Notes: generated by a model from the letters alone, not told the origin. A DNA stretch of 62,975 nucleotides, filler included, from Hausera hauseri (GCA_046269625.1; 11 parts of 11 records of this genome joined end to end with filler, not necessarily neighbours in it), one strand, 5' to 3'. Shown: positions 12,516 through 25,577, numbered from the whole stretch's first letter. A program made the numbers and translations.

Positions 12516-13524
12516 ACTCCCCAATGCTGTTCCAGACTCTTCTTTTTTACCCTACTCTTGTAGAACCAGTAGAATTTGTTCCCTGTCAATCAATAATCGG
12601 TCGATGTAGTCGTTATTGTTAAAGTGCAATTTTCCTGTGTGCATTAGCGAATATTATCTGCATATTTTGGTAGTTTAAAAGAACGGTTACATCATATCAG
12701 CTGCAACGGAGGTTATAGAACGAAGATGAGGAAATGGGCAAAATGTACCGAAGATTTACGTATGATATTTGTATGGAATCTAAAGTAAATAAGTACCATA
12801 CGGTTTTGGGCGATACTGTATAAGTACGTAGAAAATGTGGGACATTGTATATGCCATCTATACATTTTGCTTTGCAGATGTGCGATCAAAGACTATAGGC
12901 TGAATATTAGTTGAATATTTTTATTTTGGCCGAACATTAGAAAAACATTTTTCGAATATTAAAAGAAAATAAGTTCGAGAAAAGAAATGAAGGTTTGAAC
13001 AAGTGTGAAATTTACTTAAATTTCAAAACTCAAATTATGTTATGAGCTTCGTTGGCAAAAGATCTTTCAAATTTTCAATCAGCATTATATTTTTCACGTC
13101 TCTCTGACTATTTGTTATAGTTGAATTTTGATTGACAGTAAGTGATATTCTCCTGGCAACGTACAATATACGGTTGATATAGTGAATTCAAAATTGACGG
13201 AATGTCCATTGTGAAAGAAGAAAAGTGTGGAAAGGATATTGGAAATTTTATGGTCATCACAAATTACCTTATGTTTTAGCTAATAATTTTTCATTTTGTG
13301 TCATTGATGAAATTTGAAAATTTTAAAGATTATTTGAATATTAGTTACCACATCTAAAATTTTAGCCATATTTTTAATAAATCACAATGAACGTTACAGT
13401 ACATTTTCAGTCAGTTTGGTTTATCGCAGTTTTTGAGTTTTCCGTTTAGAGTTTTGTTAGTTTTCTATGTGCGCACCGAATACTGTTACTCAACACTCTT
13501 TCATTGCCTGCATAATCTTTGCAG

Positions 13525-13779
13525 GTGGGTCGTTTGAAAGATAAAGGCTTAGTAGCTCCCGAAATGATATCACTTATTAAAAGAAATAGTTGTGGGAAGT
13601 CGCTGGATTGTGCCAGAATGGCTCGGGACATTCTTGGTGGGAACGGAATATCTGACGAATATCACATCATCAGGCATGTGATGAATTTAGAGACTGTGAA
13701 TACATATGAAGGTACGCATGATATTCATGCGTTGATACTTGGTAGAGCCATAACAGATATTCAGGCATTTGTTAATTAA
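13525..13779 (+). CDS. GCDH: Glutaryl-CoA dehydrogenase, last coding exon only
   Basis: After acceptor TTTGCAG: GRLKD...[66 protein letters not shown], closely matching the GCDH C-terminus. Confidence 0.92.
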   Translation: MGRLKDKGLVAPEMISLIKRNSCGKSLDCARMARDILGGNGISDEYHIIRHVMNLETVNTYEGTHDIHALILGRAITDIQAFVN

Positions 13780-14404
13780 TGTGGAACCATATAAATACAT
13801 GATTTTTTAATGAAATGAACTTCAAGTTATGTATTAGTTTCCGTGAATTTATCTACATTTTTTGACATTTTACAAAGCATTTTATTTGGTTGGAAAATGA
13901 TTTTCTAATCTATTGAGTAAACAAAAAAGTTTGCGTTGTTTTCTTTTTTTAAATTGTGCTTCTTTAATCAGTTTTGACATTTATTATCGTATGCGTATCT
14001 TATTGTCATAGGGGTTCACTTCAACCGCCAATGCTATTACACAATAGTAGCGTTTGATTCAAAATTTCGTTTTTTCAAATAAATATCAGATTACAAGTTT
14101 GATTATACGTTTTTAAACATAACATGCTGCAGGATCTCATGTTTAAATTAGTTTAAATAAATCAAATAGTGACTCATGACGCTAAGAAATGGAGGTAAAA
14201 TCGGAAAACGTTAACAGTTATCGAAACTTTGAGAAATAATTTCAAATGTACTGAAATGCACAATATCCTTACAACTGCTTGGGGATAAAATATTATTGGG
14301 TTAAGGCGAATTCAAAAAAATAGCAAAGGAGTCAAGATGGAGATGAGGGAGATTTTGACAGAAAAATTGGAAGTGACAGACCGAAAAAGCATGAATTACA
14401 TGAC

Positions 14405-14440
14405 AGTAGATGGTTATGCGTTGTCGAGAACAGGATCAGC
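14405..14440 (+). repeat. Polinton-type terminus
   Basis: AGTAGATGGTTATGCGTTGTCGAGAACAGGATCAGC; homologous to 16383-16417; sits upstream of Polinton virion genes. Confidence 0.6.
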
Positions 14441-14645
14441 ATGCGAGTACATTTGTTACATCTGAGCACAGTCATCGAGCACGTAAAAATGAGCATGAGA
14501 AAAGATGGTATGACATTTTCGCACGGTTGTTACATTATCGTATACAGACAAAAATCATCATTGAGCGAGCATGGGAACTGCAACCATGCCTTCTTTTTAC
14601 CCGTAGGGTGCAGTGAGGAGTTAGTTCTGCTCATCCTGTTCACAA

Positions 14646-15038
14646 ATGATGAGAATGTGTTCATCCAACAACAACAACATGATTGATTCCGAAATCGTAT
14701 CCATTTACAGTAAATCCCAGCAGGGCGTTGAACTGCCGTATTTCGTTGGTAAACAGTATGGCGGTGAATGGTTGCGTGCATTGGCACGTTTAGTATTTCC
14801 GGTGTTGAAACGTATTGGAGCCGTGGCAGCAAAAACTACACAGGACGTACTATATGAAAACAAATCGATTTTACCATCATTGAAGGAACACGCCTTGACA
14901 GAAATAAAAAGCGCTGCATCGGGAGTCGTTGAATCGGTCAAAACACAAATCGCTGGTAATGGCTTGGGAAAACGTGGTGGTAGATCAGGTAGATTTTCAA
15001 CTATAAACAAACGTTATCGTTGTACTATTTTCGATTGA
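14646..15038 (+). CDS. Polinton/adintovirus small virion protein (pVI/core-like, QxGxG-type motif plus amphipathic helix)
   Basis: ELPYFVGKQYGGEWLRALARLVFPVLKRIG, later QIAGNG and a basic tail; immediately upstream of the MCP ATG. Confidence 0.65.
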   Translation: MMRMCSSNNNNMIDSEIVSIYSKSQQGVELPYFVGKQYGGEWLRALARLVFPVLKRIGAVAAKTTQDVLYENKSILPSLKEHALTEIKSAASGVVESVKTQIAGNGLGKRGGRSGRFSTINKRYRCTIFD

Positions 15039-15049
15039 TTGACAGACAA

Positions 15050-15584
15050 ATGGCATCTGCAAAATCTGAATTGTATATATTTTACAAAGGCTCACCATAA
15101 GTTGTTATTGACAATGCGGCATTTGAAATCTACCCCGTTGATTCGGTTTCAACGCACTATAACATTGACATTCAATTCAATATTATGGCATCGGACAATG
15201 AATACCTGAATTTGAACGATACAATACTCTATGTAAAATCATTGTTAAAAAGGATGCATCAACGGTTCTCGCTGCATGAGACACTGTCACACCGGCCAAA
15301 TACCTCTTCCTCACACTGTTCCAGGAGGCTTCACTGACTCTAAACAGCGTCAAAATCGAAGGCAACACAAGTCTATACAGTATCAAAGCACTCATTGAAA
15401 CGGCTCTAAATTACAATACTGATACGAAAACGACTCATTTAACGAAAACCATCGGATACGATGCCACAGCTGCAAACCGTCAGAAATTGGTGGCAGAATC
15501 AAAAGCGCTTACCATGTGTGGACCGCTGTACTTTGACTTTTTCGATCAGCCGAAATACCTACTGCCCGGTGTTAAAGCCATGAT
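15050..15584 (+). pseudogene. Polinton major capsid protein, N-terminal half (continues at 8809 through the terminal repeat)
   Basis: MASAKSELYIF...EYLNLNDTILYVK...LFQEASLTLN...KALIETALNY...MCGPLYFDFFDQPK; internal stops. Confidence 0.85.
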
Positions 15585-16382
15585 NNNNNNNNNNNNNNNN
15601 NNNNNNNNNNNNNNNNNNNNNNNNNNNNTTAATTAATTAANNNNNNNNNNNNNNNNNNNNNNNNNNNNNNNNNNNNNNNNNNNNTATTGCAATATAATAT
15701 ACATATTACGTTGCGGTATATTACTTAGAGTATATAAGGCAGTGTTTGTCATTTCTTTTTCACTTTTACAGGGACAAAATTGCAATATAAAAGTGACAAT
15801 GGATAAAGAAATGAACAGTTAAGCAGTGGACAAAGAAATGAACAATGCAACACTAAATGACCTATTTGGGGAATATCATCCAGCTAATGAAGCTCACTTA
15901 ACACAGTGCACTATTCCAGATTATCAGCTAACGAAGAATGGTAATGATCAAATGAGAAACAATATTTTAATTAACTTTTGATTTAGGCAATCTAAGTGGA
16001 CAAGCTGAAAACCTAACGCAGCAGTTGATCATGACTGCCATGGCAATTGGTAAGTAACAATTTATTTACAATATAGAATTAAAATTTAATTTAGACGCAG
16101 TTGATATTGATTGAATTGGTGTATGAATATTTATCATTTGTCGTTTCAGCTGAATGAACGCATGGCTTTGACTCTGTCTGATGACGACTTTATGCCAACT
16201 GAGACAGGTCAAAAGAAGCCGATAAAGAGACTTATAGAACCGACAAGCCTGCAGGTCAGGATGACCAAAAAGCGAAAGGAAAAAATAGCAAAGGCAGCAG
16301 CAGAAGGTAACAACACGCAGAAGCGTGTTGTTATAAGACAAAATATAACCAGTAAATTTCGTAAAGAATATGAAAGGAGGCA

Positions 16383-16790
16383 AGTAGTGGGTTATGCGTT
16401 GTCTAGAACAAGGTCAGTTTTTTTTCCCACGGTCGTATATGGCGGACTCGGTACGGGCCAGGTGAAGTGTTCCACGAGCGGAACATGGCCCGTAGAGCGT
16501 GGGAAAAAAACTAATTTTTTTCCCACGGTGCGCGTCACGCAAAACACGTAATTAATATAATATAAAGAATAAATAATGACCAATGATAATGAATAATAAT
16601 ACAGTAATAAATAATAATACGTTGTCGAAAACAGGGTCAGCATATGAGTGCGCATGTGAGCCAATGTGCGACATGTGAGCAGTCACAAGTGACATGTGAG
16701 CACACATGTGAGCAGTCGTGAGTGACATGTGAGCACACGTGCAACATGTGAGCAATCATGAGCGACATGTGAGTATGCTCAACACGACGT
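16383..16790 (+). mobile_element. Polinton terminal fragment with a CACATGTGAG subterminal array
   Basis: Starts AGTAGTGGGTTATGCGTTGTCTAGAACA; motif GTTGTCGAAAACAGGGTCAG recurs at 16621; tandem CATGTGAG units at 16640-16790. Confidence 0.6.
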
Positions 16791-18279
16791 AAATTCCTAA
16801 ATCTTGACATTATTGCCATGGATCCGAACAACATTGTTTTAACATATTGTTTTGTCTTAAAGTCGGATTAAGTGGTGAAATTTCAATGTAGTTCAATTTT
16901 AAAGTACAAACATTTTGTTTTCAATATTTGTATTTGGACTTTAATTCCCGTATTTACAAAATTGAAAATCACTACAATAACAAATGACGTATGTTTGTGT
17001 ATGCTTATCTGTTATTTTGTCAGAGTGAATTTGTATTTTAAAATTGTACTGTCAAAATGCCACAACTTTATTTGACTTTGAAGCCAAAATGGTTTCTTAA
17101 AACAATGTATTAAACAACCTATTAAAGTATCACTTTGTTCTGTCCCCGTCAATTTAAAGGGAGAGACTTATTTATTAATGCTTAAATTAAATTGGCGTGT
17201 GAACAAGAGAGGTATCCCATATGAAAGATGCCTACCTATCCTATCTTATAGGTAATGTGTAGGGTAACATACGTATGTTTTTTACTTCATTACGTTTTAT
17301 TTTAGAATGTATTACTTAATATAACTTGGGACACAGTCCAACTGCAAATTAAGGCCATTACCAAATTATTTGTTGCTATTACTTATTTAATAAAATCACT
17401 TAGAAAAAAATAATGAAGTAAAATTTAACAATCAAACAATATAATGAAAATTTTCCTACATAAAAACATAAATAACAGTGTTGTACGACTATTAGAACAC
17501 AAGAAATAATCATGAAAATGTTCAAACTAACGTTGATATTTATTCCCATAAATCATTTAGGTAAAATACCCTAAAATTGACATATGTATTAAAATAGTTA
17601 ATGTACCAACAGAAATATATTTACATGCTTCTAAAATAAATTGACGTAATATTGGACCATTAAATGAACCGTCGTTAAGGTGCAAATTCCTTTCGATATT
17701 AATGACAACACTCAAAGGAGCAAAACTTGGTGAATGTTTGATAGTTCAATGGAATAACCATAGCACACTAGCACTGATAGAAACGAGAGCAAAAAAGAGG
17801 AAAGAACATGAAACGTATGATATGTTTAAATATAATGTTTATACTGACGAAAATCGGTTCATCTGACATACTGTATCAGGAATGCACCGATTGTCAAAAA
17901 GCCGATTACCAATTATCGATTAATGTGCCGAATATTTTGCAATACGTGAGTTTTCACATGTTTTTGCTTTGTTAATCCACTGGTTCTTGTTCAAAAACAT
18001 TTAATAAAATTTCTGTCCTGTTTGATCATTGTTCTACTTACATTCTATTTTTAAAGCATTGCTAAGCTTTTATGTCTTTCAAAAAGTAGGGAAGCGGAAT
18101 ACAAAAAAATAAAAAGCGGCACCAACATTGATTTGACTTCGGGAGCTTAAAAGTCAATTTCGACCCTGATATTGACTCACTGATCGATTAAGTCTATTAC
18201 CGATTATCCGCCATTAATCACGGGAATATTTACACTATAAATAAAATTCATTAATAATTGTTTATATCCTTGAAAATAT

Positions 18280-19150
18280 GTTTTGTATGCAAATTGAAAA
18301 CTCAGGACGAAAAGTTACCTATGTGGAATTATCAAAGCAAACAAATTTCAATAAAAACTTGCAAGCTTTAGTGGGATCGAAAGAATTTTTTGTTGGAAAC
18401 ATGAATATTATGTGATCGTAAAAGGCAGATCTAGTCGTCCAATTCACCAATCATTTTCAAATAAATGGGGAAATTTGGAACGTGGACAACATTCAAAAGA
18501 TGGTGCCAAGGAACTAAAATGTGGAAAAAGAACCTTAAAAAGGCATTTGAAAAACAAGTTACATCAAGAAAAAAACATTAAAAAAGGATAAAAATTATAA
18601 TTATTTTGTCTGTGCTAAAAGGCTGCAATTTGCTCGAGCGTTGTTGAATACACAGGGCCAATTAAAATACTCATTTCAGAACATTATATTTATTGATCAT
18701 ATAAAACGTATGCATATGGTAAAAATTGGACACACCAACGTCAGTGTAGAAGAAAAGAATTAGCAATACCATGAAGACCTATAATTGACGCAAAGTCTAA
18801 TCATGGTATGTTTGTAGCAAATCAAAACGGCTGCGACGTTTATTTGTATGGAAAAGCTAAACTTCACCCAAGGGAACAAATTGAAACATGGGTTGATGAA
18901 AATGTAAACGAACAATCTTACTTATACAGTTTAAAAGCCTGTGTTGATCCATTTATGAAAGCAATAAATTCCAACATTTTAATGCCAGATTGTGTGAATT
19001 TGTATCACACATTAAAAATTCAACAATTTTTGACTGAAAATTGAATAAAATTGTATGGAAGCGCTGGATATCATCATCAGGCTGAAGGTGGATACCCACC
19101 TTATTCTCACGACTGTTCTATATTGGATTCATCAATGTTTGGAACTTTCA
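18280..19150 (+). pseudogene. Divergent IS630-Tc1-mariner transposase remnant
   Basis: NIIFID (about 18680), ILMPDCVNLYHT, GYPPYSHDCSILD (equivalent of PPYSPDLNPID). Confidence 0.6.
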
Positions 19151-19199
19151 ATCTCAAATTGCTGATGAAATTATAAGCGCTACACATTCGGTAGATTTT

Positions 19200-19797
19200 G
19201 ATGCTGTTTTGATTCATGTGAGTAAAATTCTTCCACAAATATAGAAATGAGTAGGTAGCAAATGACGGTTCTGTCCCACCTCCCACCCCGCACCCCGGGG
19301 GGTAATCGACAAAATCTATTTTGCACATGTGCCAATCGATAGTGGAGTGTGAAAAAAATCAACAATATCGGATTTCCGATATTTGCAATATTGATTATTA
19401 GCACCCGGCACCAGGTGCAATCGAGTGCAAAATCGATTCTCTGTACGAATGTGCAATTAGAATTTAAATCTACCAATTGGTTTTCGAATAAATGGCAACT
19501 GGGGCAGAACCTCCACAGGCCTTCCCGGTATAAAATAAAAATAGATAGATTCGATACTTGACATGTACTAGTCGGTAGTGCACCGTTGCCAAGGCACTTT
19601 TACACTTCACATTTTTGTAGTTTTACAGCCTAGGATTGATGGAATTGATCGGAGACAAGTGCTAGTAGATAGAGCATGTCGAGATGCATCTTGATATGCA
19701 CTGTGCAGGTGCACAGCACATGTGCAAGTGTGTAAAAATCAATAATATCGGATTTCCGATATTTCCAATATTGATGATTAGGACATGTGACCGGGTG
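19200..19797. repeat. Non-coding interspersed repeat with internal direct repeats and palindromes; related to 25430-25577
   Basis: About 70-bp unit at about 19347 and 19728 containing AATATCGGA-TT-TCCGATATT; TTCTG.CCCAC...GGGGGG.TAATCGA shared with 25540-25577. Confidence 0.6.
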
Positions 19798-19897
19798 NNN
19801 NNNNNNNNNNNNNNNNNNNNNNNNNNNNNNNNNNNNNNNNNTTAATTAATTAANNNNNNNNNNNNNNNNNNNNNNNNNNNNNNNNNNNNNNNNNNNN

Positions 19898-19974
19898 TTC
19901 GTTCGTTCGTTCGTTCGTTCGTTCGTTCGTTCGTTCGTTCGTTCGTTCGTTCGTTCGTTCGTTCGTTCGTTCGT
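19898..19974. repeat. (TTCG)n microsatellite
   Basis: Direct reading at contig start. Confidence 0.97.
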
Positions 19975-20299
19975 ATTGAGTACTACTGCTACTCACACGG
20001 CGACTGATTGTGACATATCATATTATTTCTAATGATTTGTTCGCTCAGCGATGAAGTGTGTGTGTGTTGACAATGAAGAAATGAAACATGACGTGACACA
20101 GATTGTTAGCACATGCACGCACACACACATGAGTTAATCGACGAATTGAATGGTCAGCCAATCATAAGATGTATGGAATACAATGAAATATATATGTATT
20201 TCATAGATAGATTGAAGATATTTTTAGTTTGATTAATGCCCTGAAACAATGTAACTCGATGTTGGTGGTTGCTATAGTGCAATGTAGCAATACTATGGC

Positions 20300-22645
20300 G
20301 CCACAGCTGTGCACGGTAAACGTGTCTATATTTGTCTCGGTTGTTCAATAGTTGATGATATCAACTATGAACAATTTTACAATGAGCACCAGGACCACTT
20401 AAACTATTTTCAGCGGTGGTCGAAAAAACAAATATTAATAGAATCAACAAAAATCAACAGCATCCCTTCAACAACAACATCAGCAACCAGTAGGAAATGT
20501 AAGAATCAAAAATATTGGACAAATACATCAGAAGCAGTACCGAGCTGTAAGAAGGAGAAGAACAACAGCAGGATCAGCAGGAGCAGTAACAGCAAGAGGA
20601 ACAGATACAACAGGAGCCAGACATTAATATCAAGTAAGATTTGAACAGATCGTTGGTGGACACAAAAGCTAACATTTCGGCGAAAACAACGCAACTAAGA
20701 CATGTTCCGCAAAATTTGCGCAACCAGTTGGAATCAGAAGTGGAGAAATTCCAATATCACAGACACTGCAAAGTGCAGTATTATGCACTTGCAGAATTTG
20801 AAAACGTTGAAGGTGACAGGAAACAATGGTGCCTGTCACATCGAGCTGTACCATATGCCAATGATTTTATTGCCGATGCTGACGAAAAGGCTGGAGCAGA
20901 AAATCGCCAACTACACGGAAAAGGGTAGTGAATGGCGAATTATACGAATTGTCTCCCTCGGATTTATCATAACAAAGTCGAATGACGTAATATATTTTCT
21001 GGACGATCATTCATACCGACACCTGCAGCTCTGAAGCAATCCCTGGCGGTAGTGAATGTAAAAAATACTAACGATGAATACTATTTTCTTTACAATATTC
21101 TGGCGATAATGAAATATGAAGAAGTGGACAGACATATTGCATTTCATCCAAAACAGTATCAGAAGTATTTTTCCGAATTGAATTTTGATGAAAGCTGGAT
21201 GTCGATGAAACTGAAATCCATTTTGGCTTTTGGACGGCGTAATCCGACACTGGCAATCAACGTGTTTCGGTACAACACAATCGTAGAAATACCGGCTGAT
21301 GAAGAAATTTACAAAAATCCTCATGTGAATAAAATCTATCGTAGTCGGTACCCAAATGGCCGCTCAGTAAATCTGTTGCTAATGAAACAAAAAGAAAAGT
21401 ACCATTACGTTGCAGTGACAAATCTAGACAGACTACTGAACATACAGCATGATCATTTCTTCAAAAACGGATACAGTGTAAATGTTGTCCTGTATGTCTT
21501 CATGGATTCAGGTCGGAAACAACATGGGAGAAATATGTGACCTTGTACAGACAAAATTGGTCAGGAACCACAATGTATATCATGCCCGTCTAACAGGAAT
21601 TCAGGTTCACTGATTGATCAAAACAGACAGTCCGACATATGTAGTATATGCCGATATCGAAGCTATCTTATCACGGCACAACATATGACCATAAACATGT
21701 TCCAATCATCGTCGGTATGTTGGTTGTCCCAATAAAACCCGCAGGTTATCCTCAATATTATGTTTTCCACGGATGGAATTGTGTATGTGATTTCTTGCAT
21801 GCGTTGCAAACTATAGTGGAAACTGAAATCGTACCCTGGTACAGTAGAAATAGCAATAAACCTTTGATGTGGACAGATGAAGGTAAATGCCTGACGTTTG
21901 CAAAAACAAAGAAATGTTATCTGTTCCACAAAATATTACCGTCTGATGCAGAGGAACGACTCGTACAGGAACACGACAATTTTACCGGTAGATATTTAGG
22001 AGCAGAATGTAATTCATGCAATTTATCGAGGCGTGCGTGGCCATTCCTACCGGTGATCTTTTATAATTTTCGAGGTTATGATTGTCACCATATATTGAAA
22101 TGGGCATTTCATGGATTTGCCCATTGGAAACTGTCAGTAATCCCAACAACAATGGAGAAATACCTGTCCCTGTTAGCATGCATAAACCGGTTCCAAGTAT
22201 GCTTCCTCGACTCATTGCAATTTCTCAATGAGTCTCTGGCAAAGCTCGTAAATGCCTTGCCGGATATTCCGATAACATTGACGCAATTTCCCACACATAT
22301 TGCCCGAAGAAAAGGTATATTCCAGCATGACTTTGCAACATCATATGAGAGACTCCAAACAGCAGAGGAATTACCGCCGCGATGGACAAGTATAGCAGAG
22401 GATGAATACCGGAAAGCACAGAGGTGTTGGACAGAACTCGGCTGTATAAAAATGTTGTATTACATTCTTCAGTATCTTAAACTGGACGTGTACTTATTAG
22501 CCGATGTGTTCCAGGCGTTTCGAGCGAAAGCGTTGGCTGAAGATAGGCTGGAGCCACTCAACTTTTAATCAATATCGGGAACGAGTTGGGCGTCAGCTCT
22601 AATATCACTGGGTCGAGACATTGAGCTGCTGCAAGACCTGTGACA
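20300..22645 (+). pseudogene. Polinton protein-primed family B DNA polymerase, N-terminal/exonuclease part with an EndoVII-like insert
   Basis: YTEKGSEWRI, VVNVKNTNDE, NLLL...HYVAVTNLDRLL, EHDNFTGRYLGAECNSCNL, PVIFYNFRGYDCH, FLDSLQFLNESLAKLV, RKGIF, YLKLDVYLLADVF. Confidence 0.88.
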
Positions 22646-24780
22646 TTAGGAAATTGCCGATGTCACAGACAGTTTTTCCTACGAATTCTTTTCCCAATAA
22701 GAGTTGTTTAAGGTGTAAGACTGACCAGATAGTGGCTAGTGCTTTGCGCTCTATATTCGAATAGTTCCTTTCTGACTTTGATAATTCCTTCGATACGAAT
22801 ATGACTGGCTGGTGGTCTTGAGAAATTACTGCCGCAGTACAGTCCGTGGATGCATCAATTGCAATTGTAATCATTTTCTGAGGATCATATTCCACTAACG
22901 ATCTATTCGATATTATCTTTTTTAGATTGCTAAATTCCTCATCGCATTCCTTGATCCATTTAAAAACTCCCTTTGAATTTCTTAGTTTGTTGAGATTTGG
23001 CGTTTTTTGTGAGAAATTTGGAATCATCCTCTCGAAGTAGTTGACTAACCCCAAGAAGCTTTCCACTTCCTTTATATTGGCTGGTTCTTTAATATCTGTG
23101 ACTTTGGATATCAGGGAATCGTCTGGTTCAATTCCTCGATGGGATACTTTAAATCCCAAAAATCTGATTTCCTCCGAATATTCAATGCATTTCTTTTCAT
23201 TTATGGTTGTGCTTTTATTTCATTCGCGTTCTAACTGCCGTCAATCGTTTCTTTAATGACTCATCGTTCTCTGTGAATACTAGGACATCATCTTGGTATA
23301 TAAGTAAGCCTTTCAAATCTTCCATTATGGTTTCCATTGTACGTTGAAATATTGCTGCAGCATTTTTCATTCCCATTTGGAGACAATTAATTTTTTATAG
23401 TTCCTTTGATATACTGATGACTGAGAGTTTCTTTTATGGTTCGTCTAGTTCTATTTGCCAGTATGCTGAGATTAGATCTTTACGGGCAAACTTCCTTAAA
23501 TTTTTTAATTTTGCAAAGATTGTTTCTGAGTTGGGCAATGGGTAAGACAGTATTTATTTTGTTATTCATGTGTACTTTGAAGTCCACGCACATTCGTAGG
23601 TCCAAATTGCTTTTCCTTGCCAATACTACTGATGAACAGTTAGCTGCACCTTCTTCATGCTTTAACAAGACTCCTAACTCGTTGATTGCTTCTTGATATG
23701 CCAGCGGAATGTTTCTTGCTTTGCAGAACTTATCCTTAGATCTCGGTTTCAGTTCGATTGAGACTTTCATTCCTTTAATTGCTGGGACATATCTGACCCA
23801 CCCGGTTGCATAATATTGGTTCCTGTAATTTAAGGTAATCTCTTTCCAGAAATCCAAAATCTCGTTTTGCCTCCACGACTATTAATTCGATAACTTCCGG
23901 TTTATTCTTACTTTCCAGAGTTGCTTTGAATTTTCCCAAAGTTGTGAAAGTGTGCCCATCGTATGATTGTGATTTCTTGCTAGAGGGTATAAGTTTGGGT
24001 TCATTCAGTTTTTTCAAAATTTCTGATGATACTATTGAGCAGCGGCTCCTACATCATGCTGCATCATAATCTGAATATCATGAATTTTATATTTTGACCA
24101 ATACTTTCTTCCGAGTAAGCTATGACGAGAATCGCAATATCTTCAGGCACATTTATATTTTCCAGATCTTCAGAAACAAAGTGGGCTGGTTTCACTGCTT
24201 TTAAACATGTATTCGTGAAATGGTTGCGCCCATTGCAGCTCTGACATATTTTGACGAAAGCCGGACAATTTCCATTGTTGTGCCTACGGCGACAGTATCT
24301 GCATACGTTTCTGTCGTTCCATTGATGTTGGATTGAGAATTTCACTGCTATAAGACCTCTTGCGTTCTTGCTTCTCTTTGGGATGCAAATTAGTCGATAA
24401 GGTAATATGTTTGAATTTTTTCGAATACGCCATCAACCGATAATTCCTTGATATTCGATTCTATTAAATCCACAATGTAACATCTGCATCTTGATTCATG
24501 TAATCCTTAAATTAATCCCATTTGGATCATTTCAGATTCTGGACTAGCCGCCTTCTTCAAGTTACTAAATAGAGAATTCTTCGCCGTATTTTTCAGACGA
24601 AAATAAAAGTCCACTAGGCTCTCGGTTTCGTTCTGATAAATTGAATGAAATTCGATCCTTTCAGCCATGACTAAGCGTTTGCTTGGTAGAAGAATCGTTA
24701 ATATTTTCATTTCTATTTCTGCGAACGATACGGTATCCAGAGAGTAGCATAAGAATGCCGGTTCTGGATCACCTCCTCCC
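22645..24780 (-). mobile_element. Degenerate Ty3/gypsy (Mag-like) gag-pro-RT-RNase H fragment abutting and truncating pPolB
   Basis: Twin knuckle CRYCRRRHNNGNCPAFVKICQSCNGRNHFTNTC, HDVGA protease motif, LRMCVDFK, YQDDVL, DASTD...ERNYSNIERKALA. Confidence 0.85.
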
Positions 24781-24782
24781 CC

Positions 24783-25577
24783 GCCCCCGTGCAGCCAATA
24801 CGAAGCGTGCTTGATGCGCACAAAGGCACTGGCTGGGCAGAATCGGGCACGGAGATGTCAAAAAACACGTGCACAGGTGCACGGTGCAACCCGGAAGCAG
24901 GGGAAGTGCACGAAGAAATGCGAATGTTAGAAGGAAGCGGTGCACGGTCATGTGTGGCACATAGAAATGATGGGACACGGAAGACGCATTGAATGGCGAA
25001 GGAACGAAGTCGATCGGATGCCACGCAGAAGCACGGGGCGAGGGCAAAAAAGTGATCCAGAACCGGCATATGGTTTCTGGGGAAGTGGAAAACGTTATCG
25101 ACCAACGATTGATGGTCCCGTAACAATTGGGCGGCGGGTAGGCGAACGGAACCGGAAAGAAAGGTGCATGATGCACCGATGACGTCACAGACGGCCGTGT
25201 CTGTGCACCGATGAATGCGGCTCGTATCGAGTAGCATATGGAACGAAATCCCAAGATGCGGACTATCCGATAACGGTGTCCGAATGGAAATAACCCAATC
25301 CGGAACGAAAATGCAAAAAGAAACATCGAAAAGTAAACATAATGGGGTTCAATCGATCGGTCATCGGTTACTGATTATAGCTATGTGTGTCGCAAAGTTT
25401 TTACGCATCTCCGTCAACGTACAGTAGAGGAAAACGAATTTTCTACGTACATGTGAACTTTACACACATGAACTTTTATGCGGTTTTAGACAAATATTTT
25501 AGGTAAAAATCGATTTTTCACAAGTAGGGGGAAATGTGCTTTCTGCCCCACCCCCGGAGGGGGGGATAATCGATAAA
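24783..25577. repeat. GC-rich, GTGCAC-rich non-coding repeat
   Basis: Abrupt composition shift; several GTGCAC/ACGG units; right end similar to 19200-19320. Confidence 0.45.

Noticed and set aside
16111-16551. 146-aa ORF
   Set aside because: Chimeric read-through from a possible short exon into the Polinton terminus; no recognisable product
8809-22645. One intact Polinton spanning capsid, terminus and pPolB
   Set aside because: Pieces lie on three separate contigs and are degenerate; linkage cannot be inferred
24713-25326. 174- and 185-aa ORFs
   Set aside because: Expected by chance in a GC-rich repeat; no protein-like motifs
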